Shown here piece after piece: positions 23,571-37,264 of a stretch of 64,000 bases of DNA. How positions within the stretch are numbered: position 1 is the first letter of the stretch; each line of letters begins with the position of its first letter. The DNA is taken from contig NC_073384.1 in the NCBI RefSeq assembly GCF_028641065.1, positions 13,392,001 to 13,456,000 on the forward strand, in the 5' to 3' direction. Origin of the DNA: Leucoraja erinacea. Taxonomy: Eukaryota. The notes beneath the pieces are model-generated. The model worked only from the letters and a program-made list of their open reading frames with translations. It searched no databases and was not told the DNA's origin. The position numbers and the translations under genes were made by a program.

Positions 23571-24232
23571 ACCCCCTGCTGTTTTTATTTGTTTCAGTTT
23601 ACAGCATCTGCAGTCTCTTGTGTTGGCAATCTAAAAGAGTTCTCTCGGGTGGCTGCAAAAGATTCCAAGATACTATTTTTAAAAAGGACACGAGAGGTTA
23701 TGCCCAGTTTCCAGGTCAACATTAATTCCATAGCAAATCATAGGGTCATCATTGCAGGTCATAGAAGTTGGCAAATAGTGCATCATATACCAAAGGCAAT
23801 GACCACCTTTCAGCTCTATAAAGACACTGTAGAGCAGCTAAATTAATTTTGATAAGGCAGGAGCAATGCAAGACTATGCACCTCTTGACAGCTGTTACTG
23901 ATGCAAAAGTGATATTACAAAGTTAAGCTAATACACTCTTGTCCATTTCAAATATACTTTGCATTTCAGGCAGCATCTGTGGGGAAGGTAGGATAAACTA
24001 TTCTGGTAGCTGTGTATCAATCTGAAAGATGCAACTCCATATTGTTCTCTCCAGTAGAAAGCAGTTGCATGTATAACTTTATTTTGTACACCAATAAATA
24101 TGCTGTCACTATTAGGATGTCTTGTCAAAACTGAGGAAAGTAAGGGCCGAGTGGAAAACTGGTGACGGATTGCAAAAATAAACAATTCCTTGCACAGCCT
24201 TCAAGCTTTCAAAGCTCATAGCAGATGTCATC

Positions 24233-25385
24233 TAATAATAATAATAATAAATTTTATTTATGGGTGCCTTTCAAGAGTCTCAAGGACACCTTACAAAAAT
24301 TTAGCAGGTAGAGGAAAAACATGTAAGGGGAATGAAATAAATAGTAGAGACATGACTAGTACACAAAGTAAATACAGAATTCAATACAAAACACAGTATG
24401 AGGCAATTAATGCACAGATGAAAAGGGACGGCACGTGGGGCTAAGGATAGGCAGAGGTGAAGAGATGGGTCTTGAGGCGGGACTGGAAGATGGTGAGGGA
24501 CACGGAATTGCGGGGAGGGAGTTCCAGAGCCTGGGAGCTGCCCTGGAGAAGGCTCTGTCCCTAAAACTGCGGAGGTTGGACTTGTGGATGGAGAGGAGAC
24601 CAGCTGATGTGGATCTGAGGGACCGTGAGGGTTGGTAGGGGGAGAGGAGGTCAGTGAGATATGGGGGGGCCAGATGGTGGAGGGCTTTGTATGTGAGGAT
24701 CAGGATTTTGTAGGTGATCCGGTGGGAGATGGGAAGCCAGTGAAGTTGTTTGAGGACTGGAGTGATGTGATGCCAGGATTTGGTGTGGGTGATGAGTCGG
24801 GCGGCTGCGTTCTGGACCAGTTGGAGTCGGTTGATGTAGGTGGAGCTGATGCCAAGTAGAAGTGAGTTGCAATAGTCCAGTCGGGAGGAGATGAAGGCAT
24901 GGATGAGTCTTTCAGCAGCGGGCGGTGTGAGAGAGGGTCTGAGTTTGGCGATGTTGCGTAGATGAAAGAAGGAGGTTTTAATGACATGGCGGATGTGAGG
25001 CTCAAGGGAGAGGGTGGAATCAAAGATCACGCCAAGGTTGCGGGCCTGGGGGATGGGGAGACAGTGGTGCCGTCGATGGTGAGAGTGGGGTTATTGATTT
25101 TGCTGAGTGTGGCTTTGGAGCCTATGAGGAGGAATTCTGTCTTATCGCTGTTGAGTTTGAGGGAATTATGTTGCATCCAGGTTTTTATAGCTGACAAACA
25201 GGAGTTGATATGGGAGAGGGGGGGTGGGGGTGTGGGGGGATTTGGTGCCAAGGTAGATCTAGGTGTCATCAGCGTAGCAGTGGAAGTCCAGATTGAAGTG
25301 GCGGAGTATCTGACCAAGGGGGAGGATGTAGATGATGAAGAGGAGGGGGCCGAGTACGGAGCCTTGGGGAACGCCTTGAGTGACT
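24233..25385 (-). mobile_element. L2-clade LINE, 5'-truncated, frameshifted RT C-terminus
   Basis: LKLNSDKTEF and AFISSRLDYCNSLL motifs; L2-type 3' end with (TTA)n tail at 24233-24250. Confidence 0.9.
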
Positions 25386-25830
25386 GTGGCTGTAGCAGAG
25401 GTGTGGTTGTGGAGAGAGAGATGAAGTGGGATCTACTCACTAATGCAAGGCTGTTAAGAGGAAGATGAAAGCTGAAATCGAGCCAGTGTATGTCACACAA
25501 TAAGAACAGCATAAGTGAATTATTTACTGCTTCAAGTGATGAGGTTATGGATTGTAATCTTCAGTGAACTAAATGCCTGGAATGTCACACCAATGCTAAA
25601 AACAGTAGGTGTCAGGAATCAAAGACCTGTTGTGACAAGGAAAAGACCATTGGGCCCCATCAAGATTATGCTTATTACAATGGAAAGAACCCCTTCCATC
25701 CTTTCCCCCTAGCACTGCCTGCTCTCCCAACTGCTTTTGCATTCTGCCTGTTGAAGGCACTTGTTTCACCATTCTTGCAGGCAATGAATTGCAAATCTTA
25801 ACCACAGACTACAAAATGGTTTCCTTCTCC

Positions 25831-26135
25831 AGCACAGCGGTGCAGTGTTAGAGTTGCTACCTTACAGGGCTAGAAATCCGGGTTCAATCCTGACTATGGG
25901 TGCTGTCTGTACGGAGTTTGTACGTTTCCCCCGCGTGGGTGGGTAGGTTTTCTCCGGCTCCCCAGTTTCCTCACACACTCCTAAGACTTACAGGTTTGTC
26001 GGTGAATTGGCTTCAGTGAAGATTGTAAATTGTCCCTAGTGCGTAGGATTGTGTTAGTGCTAATACGGGGATCGCTGGTAGGCGCGGACCCGGTAGGCCT
26101 AAGGGTATGTTTCCGCGCTGTGTCTCTAAACTAAA
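25831..26135 (+). mobile_element. HE1/V-SINE-like SINE
   Basis: Full-length copy. Confidence 0.8.
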
Positions 26136-26640
26136 CACACCCTCCCCAATGTATAATTTGCCAACATTTTAAATCAGTTTCCTGGTTTTTGGAACCATCA
26201 CTTTAGCTGACAATGGGAACATGATCACAGCAGGAGCTGTAGTAGCATCTTAATTTTAAATATGTATCCATGCTGAAGAAAAACGTGTTACTACCCATTA
26301 TTTTACCACTGGCCTTGTGTTAGCAGGCAAAGTCCGCATCTGGCTCAGACACCAAGTGAGCACAAGAGACTGAGATGTGGTATTTGGAACAATGTGTATT
26401 AGAACAAGGGGTTAACTAAAATAAATGGCATTCTCTTGAGGTTCTTTCAACTCCTCTGAAGAATTCTAAGAAACCTGCTCCTTTGGTGTGGACTCGGTGG
26501 GGCCATCACTAGATGTGTGTCCCTAATTGGCCCTGAATTGAGAAGGCAGTTGAGTCATGAAACATTGATCAGAGCAAATTTCCTTTCTGAAGAAAATTAG
26601 ATAACCAGATGGGTTTTTAATGACAATCATTATTTTTGTG

Positions 26641-26735
26641 GTACACAAAATTGCTGGAGAAACTCAGCGGGTGCAGCAGCATCTATGGAGCGAAGAAAAT
26701 AGGCAACGTTTCGGGCCGAAACCCTTCTTCAGACT
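26641..26735 (-). mobile_element. Solo PLE pLTR fragment with intact hammerhead core (26705-26732)
   Basis: Nearly identical to 61933-62027; CTGAAGA-A-GGGT TTCG GCCC-GAAAC-GTT on the minus strand. Confidence 0.8.
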
Positions 26736-28435
26736 ATTTTTGTGGTTATTGTTTTACCGATTTTTTAAAATTCTAAATCACGTGAATTTCAATCCATCAA
26801 CTGCCACAGCGAGTTTAAACTTGTTTTCATGGATCAAAGGTTCAGAACTTTGTATGCTCGTATTGTAACTTAACCCCAACACTGCCAAATTATTCCGTAA
26901 ATTATTTTTCAGCCCACCCACTTTCTGGCTATCACGCTTGACTTCTGCACCTGTCTCCCTCCTAACGCTGTTAGCTTTGCCTCCCTCTCCATCTTCTGCC
27001 TCACGTGTCTTCCTCAATTCACAGAACTTCTCTTCAAAATTGTGCTGTTAGGTCATTTGCGTGGCTGAGAGGGCAGACAGGAGCTCAATTTAAGACAATA
27101 TATAGAGCATAACTTCCATTTCAAAAGTACCGTCAAAGCTCATAGCAGATGAGTCCACGAAGATAATACTGCTCTACTAGTGGTAACCATAAATGACAAC
27201 TCTCCCCCGACTCCTTCCACTCATATCCCTCCTCCCACCTTTACATTTCACCACTCCTCTCCTTATCTGACACCCCTTTGTCTCCATTTCACCTCTAGGT
27301 TCTGTCACTACCTCCAGCCATCTGTAAATCATTCCTTCTCACCTGTTTCCACCCATCACCTGCCAGATTTTGCCCCACCACTACATCTCTTAATCAGTTT
27401 TCTTCCCCCATCAGTCCGAAGAAGAATCGCGATTCTAAACGTTGTTTGTTCAATTCCCTCCACAGCTGCTGCCAGACCCACTGAGTTTTTCAAACTGTTT
27501 GGTTTTTGCTCAAGATTGCTGCATCAGCAGTTTCTTAACTCTGCATATTTGACTGTATTGTTCTGGGTCCAGAAGACATGGTTTCTCTTCACTGTACCTT
27601 AATATTAGTCATCTTAATTAACCACCAAATTTTTCAGAACATTGACAAAACAATGTGCTGAAGAATTCAGCCAGTTAGACAGCATCTGTGGAAAGTGAAA
27701 TCAGTTAATGTTTCAGGTTGAAGTTCCTTCAGCACAACTGAGAAAGTGAGACGAAGAAAGCAAGTTTATCTAAGTAACAGCAAAGGTGAGGGAGGGCAAT
27801 ATACCTCATGGTTGATGATGGGCAATCAACAATTGGGTGAAATGATAAGGCAGTCATTGTCAGTTAAGCTTCTTTGTGTAACGTGTTAACTTTGTATAAA
27901 CTGGTGTACTTTGACATGCTGAGCAGGCCAGAATATAAAGGATGTAGGTGACTGGCATGTATAAATGCCCAAGTTAGCAGAAGTTGAAGAATTCAATTAT
28001 CAAGTCCTGAAGGTTGCAATGTGCCCAGATGAAAAATGAAGGATTGCTTCATCAATTTAAATTGAGTCTTTTTTGTATTAGATTCCAACATCTACCATTT
28101 CATTTGTTTACCAAATTAATCTACCATACACAATTTATCAATATAATCTGCACTCGTAGCTTAATCTTTAACCTGGTGAATTTATCCTGCATTCCCAAGG
28201 TGTGCCGTTCCATCCTTTTTGCATCTCAGTCTGCGATGACATGAGGGCCGACAATACAACAGATTAAAACAATGTTGTGACTTCACTAGGTTTTAGCACC
28301 CTCTGAACATAGATCCCCAATTATCCTGCTCCTTTACAGATCCCAGCTTTTCATTAGTTAGAAAATATTCTGACCTCTTACCAAATAAAAATCCAAACAT
28401 GATGCATTGGACTTCTCATTGTACTTGCCACAGTT

Positions 28436-29020
28436 ATTTCCCCCTATTCCTTCACCATAAGCAAAGTGAGGCGAGGTGCAACATTAACCCTGGAGTAGTC
28501 TTAGGGGAGCACATATGAAATGGATTAATGGCTAAGTTACTACAAAGAACTATTTTACTGATTGGCACCGTCATCAGGAGTGGAGGGATGTCAGTTTTCA
28601 AAGCAAGGAGTTGGATACAAGACCTTATGAAGGATCTCGACCTGAAACAGGAAATCTCGACCTGGCTGGCAAACAATCAGGCAGTGTAGTGGGGTACCAA
28701 ATTCAGATATGTATATTTAATTTAAGGGATCCCCTATCTCCATTTTCTCCAGAGATGCTGCCTGACATGCTGATTTATTATGTATTTTGTGTCTATCTCA
28801 GATGTATATTCCCCCTATTCCTTCACCATAAGCAAAGTGAGGCGAGGTGCAACATTAACCCTGGAGTAGTCTTAGGGGAGCACATATGAAATGGATTAAT
28901 GGCTAAGTTACTACAAAGAACTATTTTACTGATTGGCACCGTCATCAGGAGTGGAGGGATGTCAGTTTTCAAAGCAAGGAGTTCTGGATACAAGACCTTA
29001 TGAATGAAGGATCTCGACCT
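28436..29020. repeat. ~210-bp direct duplication (28436-28643 and 28807-29020)
   Basis: CCCCTATTCCTTCACCATAAG...GGATCTCGACCT occurs twice almost identically. Confidence 0.85.
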
Positions 29021-29449
29021 CTAGAAACGTCGCTTATTCTTAAGGGGTTGGACCTTTGCTCCCGATAGGACAAGGGGTGCTAAGGATAAGGGGGAAATCC
29101 TTTAAAAACCCGCTTTTTCACACAGAGTTTCTCCACAGAGGGTAGTTTCATGGCTATATTTAAGAGGGAGTTAGATGTTAAGACAGATCAGGTACGGGAT
29201 AAGTCTAATATATTTTGGCCTACTCCTGTAATTTCATGTTTCTATGTTTCTATGAAACGTCGCTTATTTCCTTAGCTCCATAGATGCTGCCTCACCCGCT
29301 GAGTTTCTCCAAGACTTTATGGAGATAGGTTAAGACAGATCAGGTGATAAGTCTGATATATTTTGCCTAGTACATTGTTCACCAACTTGATACTAACAGT
29401 TGGATTTAGCCCATGTGTGTCACACTAACTAGACAAGGTAGATTCATAC

Positions 29450-30174
29450 CTCATTATCCACGATATCACAGGCAAGGTTGATTCGAGAAACATCCACCTG
29501 CTGTGGCCCAAATTTAAGTTTCTTCGACCGCAAACTCCAGAGTTTTATACAAGAATTGTCAAAGCCGGCACTGAGCAGTTTATTGTCGGGTGAAATTTCC
29601 GCAGTATTGAGCAATTGGTCCGTGTTGTAGAAAGCGTAAAAACAAATTGTTGTGAGAGAGGGCGGCCCATCCTTTACTTGTTTTATACTGTCCTGCAACA
29701 TCTCTAGTGCCGCTTCATTCTGCAAAATGGTGGTGGGAATCTCTGACGGCTCCAAGCCCACTACATCACTTCGCGATTGGGCTCCGACACTGTAAAGCTG
29801 ATAGCCAGTCTGCTGAGAACACTGCACATCCAAGTGAATATGCGAGGCTAGAACCTTGCATAGAGTACTATTATTGTCACTCTGGAGGTAGCGGAGGAGA
29901 TAGTTGTAACTTTCTTCAGTAAAGCTAACAACATACTTGTTTTCGATCAGAGTACGCAGCTTAGAGTTTGAATAAATATCCTGGCTGTTCAGAGTACTCC
30001 GCAGCTGTTCCATAATGTCCTTTTGATCTATGTTTTGTAGGAACATTCCATGGAAGCGACTGTAGAAGCTGTCCGCTGCACTCTTCAAACCACTGTGTAC
30101 CATGTCAAGATGGAGGTAGACAAATAAAGGGTAGAGCAGTTGTTTCACTTCTCGGCTGTACTTTGATTCTGTGT
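29450..30174 (-). CDS. TAF5L: TAF5L coding exon 3 (NTD2 domain and first WD40)
   Basis: LLYPLFVYLHL...PPSLTTICFYAFYN; TTATTCCAG acceptor, GAG|GTATGA donor; 725 nt, phases consistent. Confidence 0.95.
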
Positions 30175-30844
30175 CTGGAATAAAAAAAGTGACAGTGAGG
30201 GAATGAACTCGGGGGCTTCCACACCCTTCCCCATACTCCATGTGTGCAGTGCTCACGGGCGGTTCACAAACCTTATGAGCCAAAACTAATTAATCAGTGC
30301 ACATAAATAATGAACACTAATTCCATGAAGATATACACAGAACCCTTGCATTCCCTCCCTCTCCACCCTAGTCATCTTGCTAGTTTCACAGTTCCTATCC
30401 CTTCATTATCACAGCCAAAGATGGACCATTGTGAGCTCCACCTTTCCAGACTCATCGGTGCTGGCTCTGATTTGTTCTGTAGCTTTTCATCCCTCTAGTT
30501 GGCTTGTCCCCTGATACTCAGTCTGAAGAAGGGTCTCAATCCTAAACATCGCCTATTCCTTTTCTCTAGAATGCTGCCTGGCCACCAGCTGAGTTGCTCC
30601 AGCATTTTGTGTCTATCCAAGGTATACACAGAACATAGTCAGCATCCATTGGTTTTTCCAAAATTACAAAAAATACCACGTGCCAAGCTTTGAGTTTATT
30701 AAAATTTGACATGGCAATCTGGAGCAGATAAGGCATCTACAAAACAAATTTTAGTTTCCTTACTATTCAACTGAGACAACAAAACAAAATTATGTCCTGG
30801 ATCACAAGTAAAAAAATAAGCTAAAAATACCTGTAATATATTAA

Positions 30845-31155
30845 GATCGTGTGATAGGAGAAGAATTAGGCCATTCGGCCCATCACGTCTACTCCACCAA
30901 TCAATCATGGCTGATCTATCTCTCCCCCCTAACCCCATTTCCTGCCTTCTCCCCATAACCTCAGACACCCCTACTAATGAAGAATCTATCTATCTCTGCT
31001 TTAAATATATCCACTGAATTTGCCTCCACAGCCTTTAGTAGCAAAAAAATCCACAGATTCACCACCTTCTGACTAAAGAAATTCCTCCTCATCTTCTTCG
31101 TAAAAGAACGTCCTTTAATTCTGAGGCTATGACCTCTAGTCCTAGACTCTCCCAC
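30845..31155 (-). mobile_element. CR1 LINE 3' fragment
   Basis: GESRTRGHSLRIKG...KVVNLW. Confidence 0.8.
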
Positions 31156-31419
31156 GAGTCATCGTCTCCACTTTTAACTTATGGTACAGATGGTGGCCAT
31201 TCAATCTATTGAGTACATACCAGCTCGGAGGGAGTAATAATATTAGTTTTATTTCCCTGTAGTCCAGCAACTTATTCTCTCTTACACATGCCCATCAACT
31301 CTCCTTTGATCAGGCGTACCATTGCCCTAAACTAATGTCCAATAGTCAATCTACCAGCACTTTGGTCTATTGGACGAAACCCCAAAGAAACCAGACACAA
31401 AGAGCATGCAACTCACCAT

Positions 31420-31608
31420 GTCAGGCAGGATCTCTGGAGAAAAGGAGTAAGTGACGTTTTGGGTCAGGACCGTTTTTGGTGTGAAGTATGGTCTCGACCT
31501 GAAACGTCACCTATGCCTTTTCTCCAGAGATGCTGCCTGACCCGCTGAGTTACTCCATATTTTGGTGTCCGTCTTCGGTTTAAACCAGCTTCTGCCGTTC
31601 CTCCCTAC
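31420..31608. mobile_element. Foldback PLE-derived short element
   Basis: Inverted arms meet around degenerate hammerhead motifs at ~31452-31510. Confidence 0.7.
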
Positions 31609-34406
31609 ACTAAGAACTGGAACTCTGGATGGACAACACTTGGGATTGGCAGCGCTCCAGGGACCTTTGATACTTACTGCACCGCCCTACCACCCTTCAA
31701 GATTGAGATGGGTGTTACTTATACGCTGTATATATCATTATTATTCCTTAAGCGAATAATATCATAGATGAAAAAGTTGTATGATATATCTTGTTCACTT
31801 TTATCTTTTCATTTTATCTATATTATGCCTTCCTAATGGACTCCAGCAAAACCATCCAAGCATATAACCAACAGCCAACAAGTGTCTGACATCAAGTTTG
31901 TTCCATAATTTAGAATATCATGCCAGTGTTTGTAAGGCACCCATATAAAGGCAGTTTCAATTTCAGAAAGATGTTGCTCTCCCAAATGATATTTTAAACA
32001 GCAAATTGTCCTTTACAGAAGTAATTTTATCCTGACTTGGAATGTTGGAGGCTGAGAACTGATCTTATAGATGTGTATAGAATCATGAGAGGAATAGATC
32101 GGGTGAGTCTTTTATCCAGGCTAGGAGAATCAATCACAAATGACATTGTGTTTAGGGTGAGAGAGGCAAGATTAATAGGAACCTGAAGGGCAACTTTTTC
32201 TCAGAGGGTGGTGGGTATATAGAATGAGCTGCCAGAGGAGGTAGTTGTTGGAGGTACTATAATAGCCGTTGAAAGATTTGGATAGGCAAGGTTTAATGGA
32301 CCAAATGCAGGAAAATTGGGTATCTTGGTTGGCATGGACCAGTTAGTTTCCATGTTGCATGACTCTGACCCAAGGGGCAACTTTTTCCACATGGATATGG
32401 AATGAGCTACCAGAGGAAATCGTACAGGTGAGTGCAATTACAACATCTAAAATTTGGACAAGTACATGGATAGGAAAGGTTTAGAGGGATATTGACTTGG
32501 CACACGCATGTGGACGTGATTGGTTTGGCAATATGGTCGATATGTAAGAGTTGGGCCAAAGGACTAATTTCTGTGCTGTACAGCTCTTTCATTTTATATG
32601 CTTACTGGTATATAATGGATATTTTAACATAGGCCTTGAGAAAAACTGGAGACATTAAAACTATGGTAGGACCCACAGTCTATCCCATTACTTTCCCAAA
32701 GAACATTAAAAAGGTTGGTCAAGCTAGATATTTCCTTTTTCAATCTATGATGATTAATATAAATGTCAACTTCTAGACGTTCTCCTTGTTTTTCCCTAAG
32801 TTGAGATTCCAACTTTTTTCCTGCTTAAACTGCCCAACCTAAAACCCCATGGACCCCATTCTGAAATATGCATTACATTAAGTGTCTGCCTGTCCTCTGA
32901 CACACTATTTTTTCCTAACCAATTAGTAAATGTACAACAATGTCTATGCTATCTCAAACCTAGCAAATGCACGAAACAAAATGTATGATACAATTAATGG
33001 AGCAATGTAATGAATTCTGTCATCTCATCAAGACCTGTGGTATTGTCTTATTTGTCCCTTTATGGCGCTGCACCGATCCCAATCTATTTAATATTTAAGT
33101 ATTCTCTCTATTTTATGTTCCTTGATAATTTTGCTTTCCTTCCTAATTATTTTTGGTAATCTGTTATATTCCCCCTTACCACGCACTCCTCTGCAGCCTG
33201 TGTGTCTAATGTGTGCTGCTTTCCGTTTCCTCAGTTATTTTAATGTATATGTTGAACGTCACAAATGTTTTGTTCATTCTTTCTTTTAACTAGAACCTTG
33301 GCACTCTGCTGAATGCTCTTTTTTGAATGTTTCAATTTTTCTAACAAAAACAATGCTGTATCCCATTTGATCTTGATTTCTATATGCAGTTCCTCAAACA
33401 TCAGCTCCCAATCTGTTTACTTAATTTTCATCAGACTCATGTTCTTCCCTGTTGCCTTGAAGGGTATTATTGTTTGGTGCTCCCCCACTTTCTCTTACCT
33501 GCTGTGGTTCATTCACTCTCTGGTTCTTTCTTTAAAATATTGTGTTTTTTTGGACACATCAGTAGTGAATGCAAATTGCAATGTTTTTCTTCACACACAC
33601 CTCACCCACTAGGTCCCCTTTTTAAGTCGCAACTCTCAGGGGAGGATAATTTATTTCTTTCAGTTACTTTCTTCTAATTATTTTATTTAAATATTTATTC
33701 ATCAATACCTCAATATCTCTCAGATTTAAAACATTTGATATTTTTGCCCAAACCCAAGACTTGATCTGAACTGCGATGCAATCTTAGCATGTATATACAA
33801 CCCAACAGGATGCAATCATTAGCACGACCAATAGGACGGTCAAATCAACTGTCCTGGTGGGACATCTTTTGTTCCTATTATTGCTCAGTATCTTTTCTTC
33901 AGTTTTCAGACAAATACTGAATCACTGCAGGCTGAATTTATATCACATGACAGAATACTTTATGATGTGCTACAAATTTCAGACGAAATAAGCAACCATG
34001 TACACTCAGAGTGATTTGATTATTTTTATAGCATCTACATAATTTGTGTTTGAATATATTAAGGGTAACAAATTAATAGGTATCTGAGGCGCAACCTTTC
34101 CGCTCAGAGGGTGATGGGTATATGGAGCGAGCTGCTAGGGGAGGTAGTTGGGGCAAGTATTATAACAGCATTCAATACTGTTTAATGTATTTAACATTAA
34201 TGTTTGACGGCTACATGGATAGGAAAGATTGAGGAGGATATGGGATAAATACAGGCAAATGGTACCAGCCTGGTAAGGCATCGTGATTGGCAAGTAGAGG
34301 GAATGCATGTACAGGCATGGATGAGTTGGGCTAAAGGGCCATTTCAGTGCAGTATATTTCTGTATGCTTTCCCCCTCCCCCACCTCCACACCATGTCCAA
34401 ACTTAC

Positions 34407-34511
34407 CAAAAAGGAAGACTTTAAGCCTCGAAAACTGTATCTCATATTGATTAGGATCAGCTTGACAGGGAGCTGCAGACACCACGTTGGGAGATCCAGA
34501 CTCTGCCTGAA
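34407..34511 (-). CDS. TAF5L: TAF5L coding exon 2
   Basis: VQAESGSPNVVSAAPCQADPNQYEIQFSRLKVFL; ACAG acceptor, G|GTAAGT donor; 105 nt. Confidence 0.92.
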
Positions 34512-34851
34512 CTGTTTGAAAAAGATACAAATAGAACATAATGAACACCAAGACCTGGCAGAGGCAGTGAAATCACATCCTAGGCATTTCAAAATAACTG
34601 CACTGTACTGACAAGGTTAGTTCAGGAGACGTGCTGGTGAAATAGAAATTCCATTAAAACTATTCAATGAATTGTGACAGTAGCAGTTTCATTACATTTG
34701 CAGGTAAATATTGCAAAACTCCCAAACACACTATTTTCTGGTAATAAAATTGCATCACCTTGTGACTGTAATGCCACGGGTGTATTTTTTACTGTTATTA
34801 TTTGCTCTTACTGTGAGGCCAACTTACACAACAGGATGTGATAATTATGTA

Positions 34852-35897
34852 CAGTGCCCTCCACAATGTTTGGCACAAAGACCCATCACTTATTTATTTG
34901 CCTCTTAAATATACAATTTAAGAATTATAATAGGAAAAAAATCACATGTAGTTAAAGTGCACATTGTCAGATTTTAATAAAGGCCATTTTTATATATTTC
35001 GGTTTCACCATGTAGAAATCACAGCAGTGTTTATACATAGTCCCTCCCATTTTAGGGCACCATGTTTGGGGCACAGCAATGTCATGTAAATGAAAGTAGA
35101 CAATAGACAATAGGTGCAGGAGTAGGCCATTCGGCCCTTCGAGCAAGCACCGCCATTCAATGTGATCATGGCTGATCATCCCCAATCAGTACCCCGTTCC
35201 TGCCTTCTCCCCATATCCCCTGACCACAATTTTTAAGAGCCCTATCTAGCTCTCTCTTGAAAGCATCCAGAGAACCTGCCTCTGAGGCAGAGAATTCCAG
35301 ACTCACCACTCTCTGTGAGAAAAAGTGTTTCCTCGTCTCCGTTCTTAGTGGTTTACCCCTTATTCTTAACCTGTGGCCCCTGGTTCTGGACTCCCCCAAC
35401 ATCAGGAACATGTTTCCTGCCTCTAGCGTGCCCAAACCCTTAACAATCTTATATGTTTCAATGATATCACCTCTCATCCTTCTAAACTGTGTGTACAAGC
35501 CCAACTGCTCCATTCTCTCAGCAAGTAGTCATGTTTAGTTTTTTTGTTGCATATCCTTTGCATGCTATGACTGCTTGAAGTCTGCAATTCATGGACAGGC
35601 TTCTCTGGTGATGCTCTGCCAGCCTATATTACAGCCATCTTTAGCTTATGCTTGTTTTGGGGGCTAGTCCCCCTTCAGCATATAAAAGGCATGCTCAATT
35701 GTGTTAAGATCGGGTGATTGACTTCGCCACTCCAGAATTTACCATATTTTAGCTTTGAAAAATGTCTTTGTTCCTTTTGTTTGGGATCATTGTCTTGCTA
35801 TAGAATGAACTGCCGACCAATGAGTTTTGAGGCATTTGTTTAAACTTGAGCAGATAAGATGTGTCTGTATACTTCAGAATTCATTATGCTACTACCT
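34852..35897 (-). mobile_element. Truncated Tc1/mariner copy with a nested CR1 3' end (35100-35522)
   Basis: TA+CAGTGCCCTCC TIR as at 44491; CR1 insert flanked by AAGTAG (35094-35099, 35523-35528), which occurs once in the 44491 copy. Confidence 0.85.
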
Positions 35898-36117
35898 TTT
35901 GCTGCCTGCTATAGTCAGCAGAAAGACAATACATGATTACAATCGAGCCATTTACTGTGTATAGATACATGATATGGAAATAAATGTTAGTGCAAGGTAG
36001 AGCCAGCAAATCCGATCAAGGATTCTTGTGTGATTCACTAAAATCTATTGTAAATATGTCTGCATTGCTGGTAATAATTCAACTACTGGCCGGTTGTAAA
36101 TGTAGGTAAAATATGTA

Positions 36118-36270
36118 GGAAGAAACTGTAGATGCTGATTTACACAGATGCAGACACAAAAACTCAGCCGGACAGACAGCATCTCTGGAGAGAAGGAACA
36201 GGCAACGCTTTGATTTTCTCCAGAGATGCTGCCGAGTTACTCCAGCATTGTGTGTCTATCTTTGGTGTAA
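36118..36270. mobile_element. Foldback PLE-derived short element
   Basis: GCATCTCTGGAGA ... TCTCCAGAGATGC inverted arms. Confidence 0.65.
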
Positions 36271-36461
36271 TGTAGGTGGGCAGGAAAACTTGGCACAGGA
36301 AAACGTATACACAGGTTTCACAGAAGCAAAACAAACTAGCTATTTCGTCGTGCTTTTTCTTGCGATATTTGATGCAATCTTTGCCAACGAATAGATATTT
36401 GATGCTGCCCAGTGTCCAAAGTGGCCACATATCAGGTGGGCACAACTTTGTTTTGAGGTAC

Positions 36462-36603
36462 CTGTTAAGTTGGTTGCCATTTCTTCAGCAGTCTGTGTAA
36501 ACTTCGGTCCTTGCTTCATGGCTCCATCCGACTCCACAAATTGCCTTCTTCTGAGGTAGTGACCAACAGCACCTTGAATCTGTTCTGCGCGTACTCGCTT
36601 CAT
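36462..36603 (-). CDS. TAF5L: TAF5L coding exon 1
   Basis: MKRVRAEQIQ...AEEMATNLT matches the TAF5L N-terminus; acceptor TAG|ACC ATG; donor AG|GTACCT; 142 nt. Confidence 0.93.
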
Positions 36604-36799
36604 GGTCTACATATGAAAACACGAATAGAAATCAATGTGATGTGTGCAGTATTTATTTGACAATTACAAACCCCGAAGTTCATACAGCTAATCAGGATCA
36701 TTTAACATTAGGGGGGGGAGTGGGGGTAATGCAGGAGAGGGGGTAATGGGGATTGGGGAAAGAGGAGGGGGTGATGGAGCAAGAGGCAGTGTGAGGGTG

Positions 36800-37240
36800 A
36801 AGGAGGAGAGGGATCGGGCTGCAACTTCTGCTCCGCCGCGCTCCTCGCAGCTTCCGCTCAGGCGGCGGGCCCAGGACTTACTGCATGATGGCCGTTCCCT
36901 TCACCGCAGAAATGGTGGTGTCAGGGAGATGATGCTGATGCTGCTGCCGCCGCCGCCAGGCCTGTGTCGTGGGATAGGATGGGGTGAAGTGAACGGGCTG
37001 CGGGAAGGCCGAGTCTCGGCTCCGCTCACCAGCAGCAGCAGCCGCCGTCTCCTTGGCGCCTGGGCTGGAGCCGCCGGGCCGGGCCGGGCCGCGCGCCCAT
37101 TGGCCGCGAGCGCGCGGGGGAGGGTGAGAGTTCGCCAACGGACGCGGCGGCGCGCGGCCCCTTGGAGCCGGCACGTGGAGCGAGCGGGACCCGAGCGGGA
37201 CGGAGACGGAGAGCCCGGGATCCGCCGGCCTCGTTGGGGG
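36800..37240. promoter_or_regulatory. CpG island and bidirectional promoter of TAF5L (-) and URB2 (+), with predicted non-coding first exons
   Basis: High CpG density; divergent donors GTGAGC (-, 37024-37029) and GTAAGA (+, 37240-37245); CCAAT (ATTGG 37099-37103); E-box CACGTG 37172-37177. Confidence 0.8.
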
Positions 37241-37264
37241 TAAGATCACTAGATCATAAATAAG

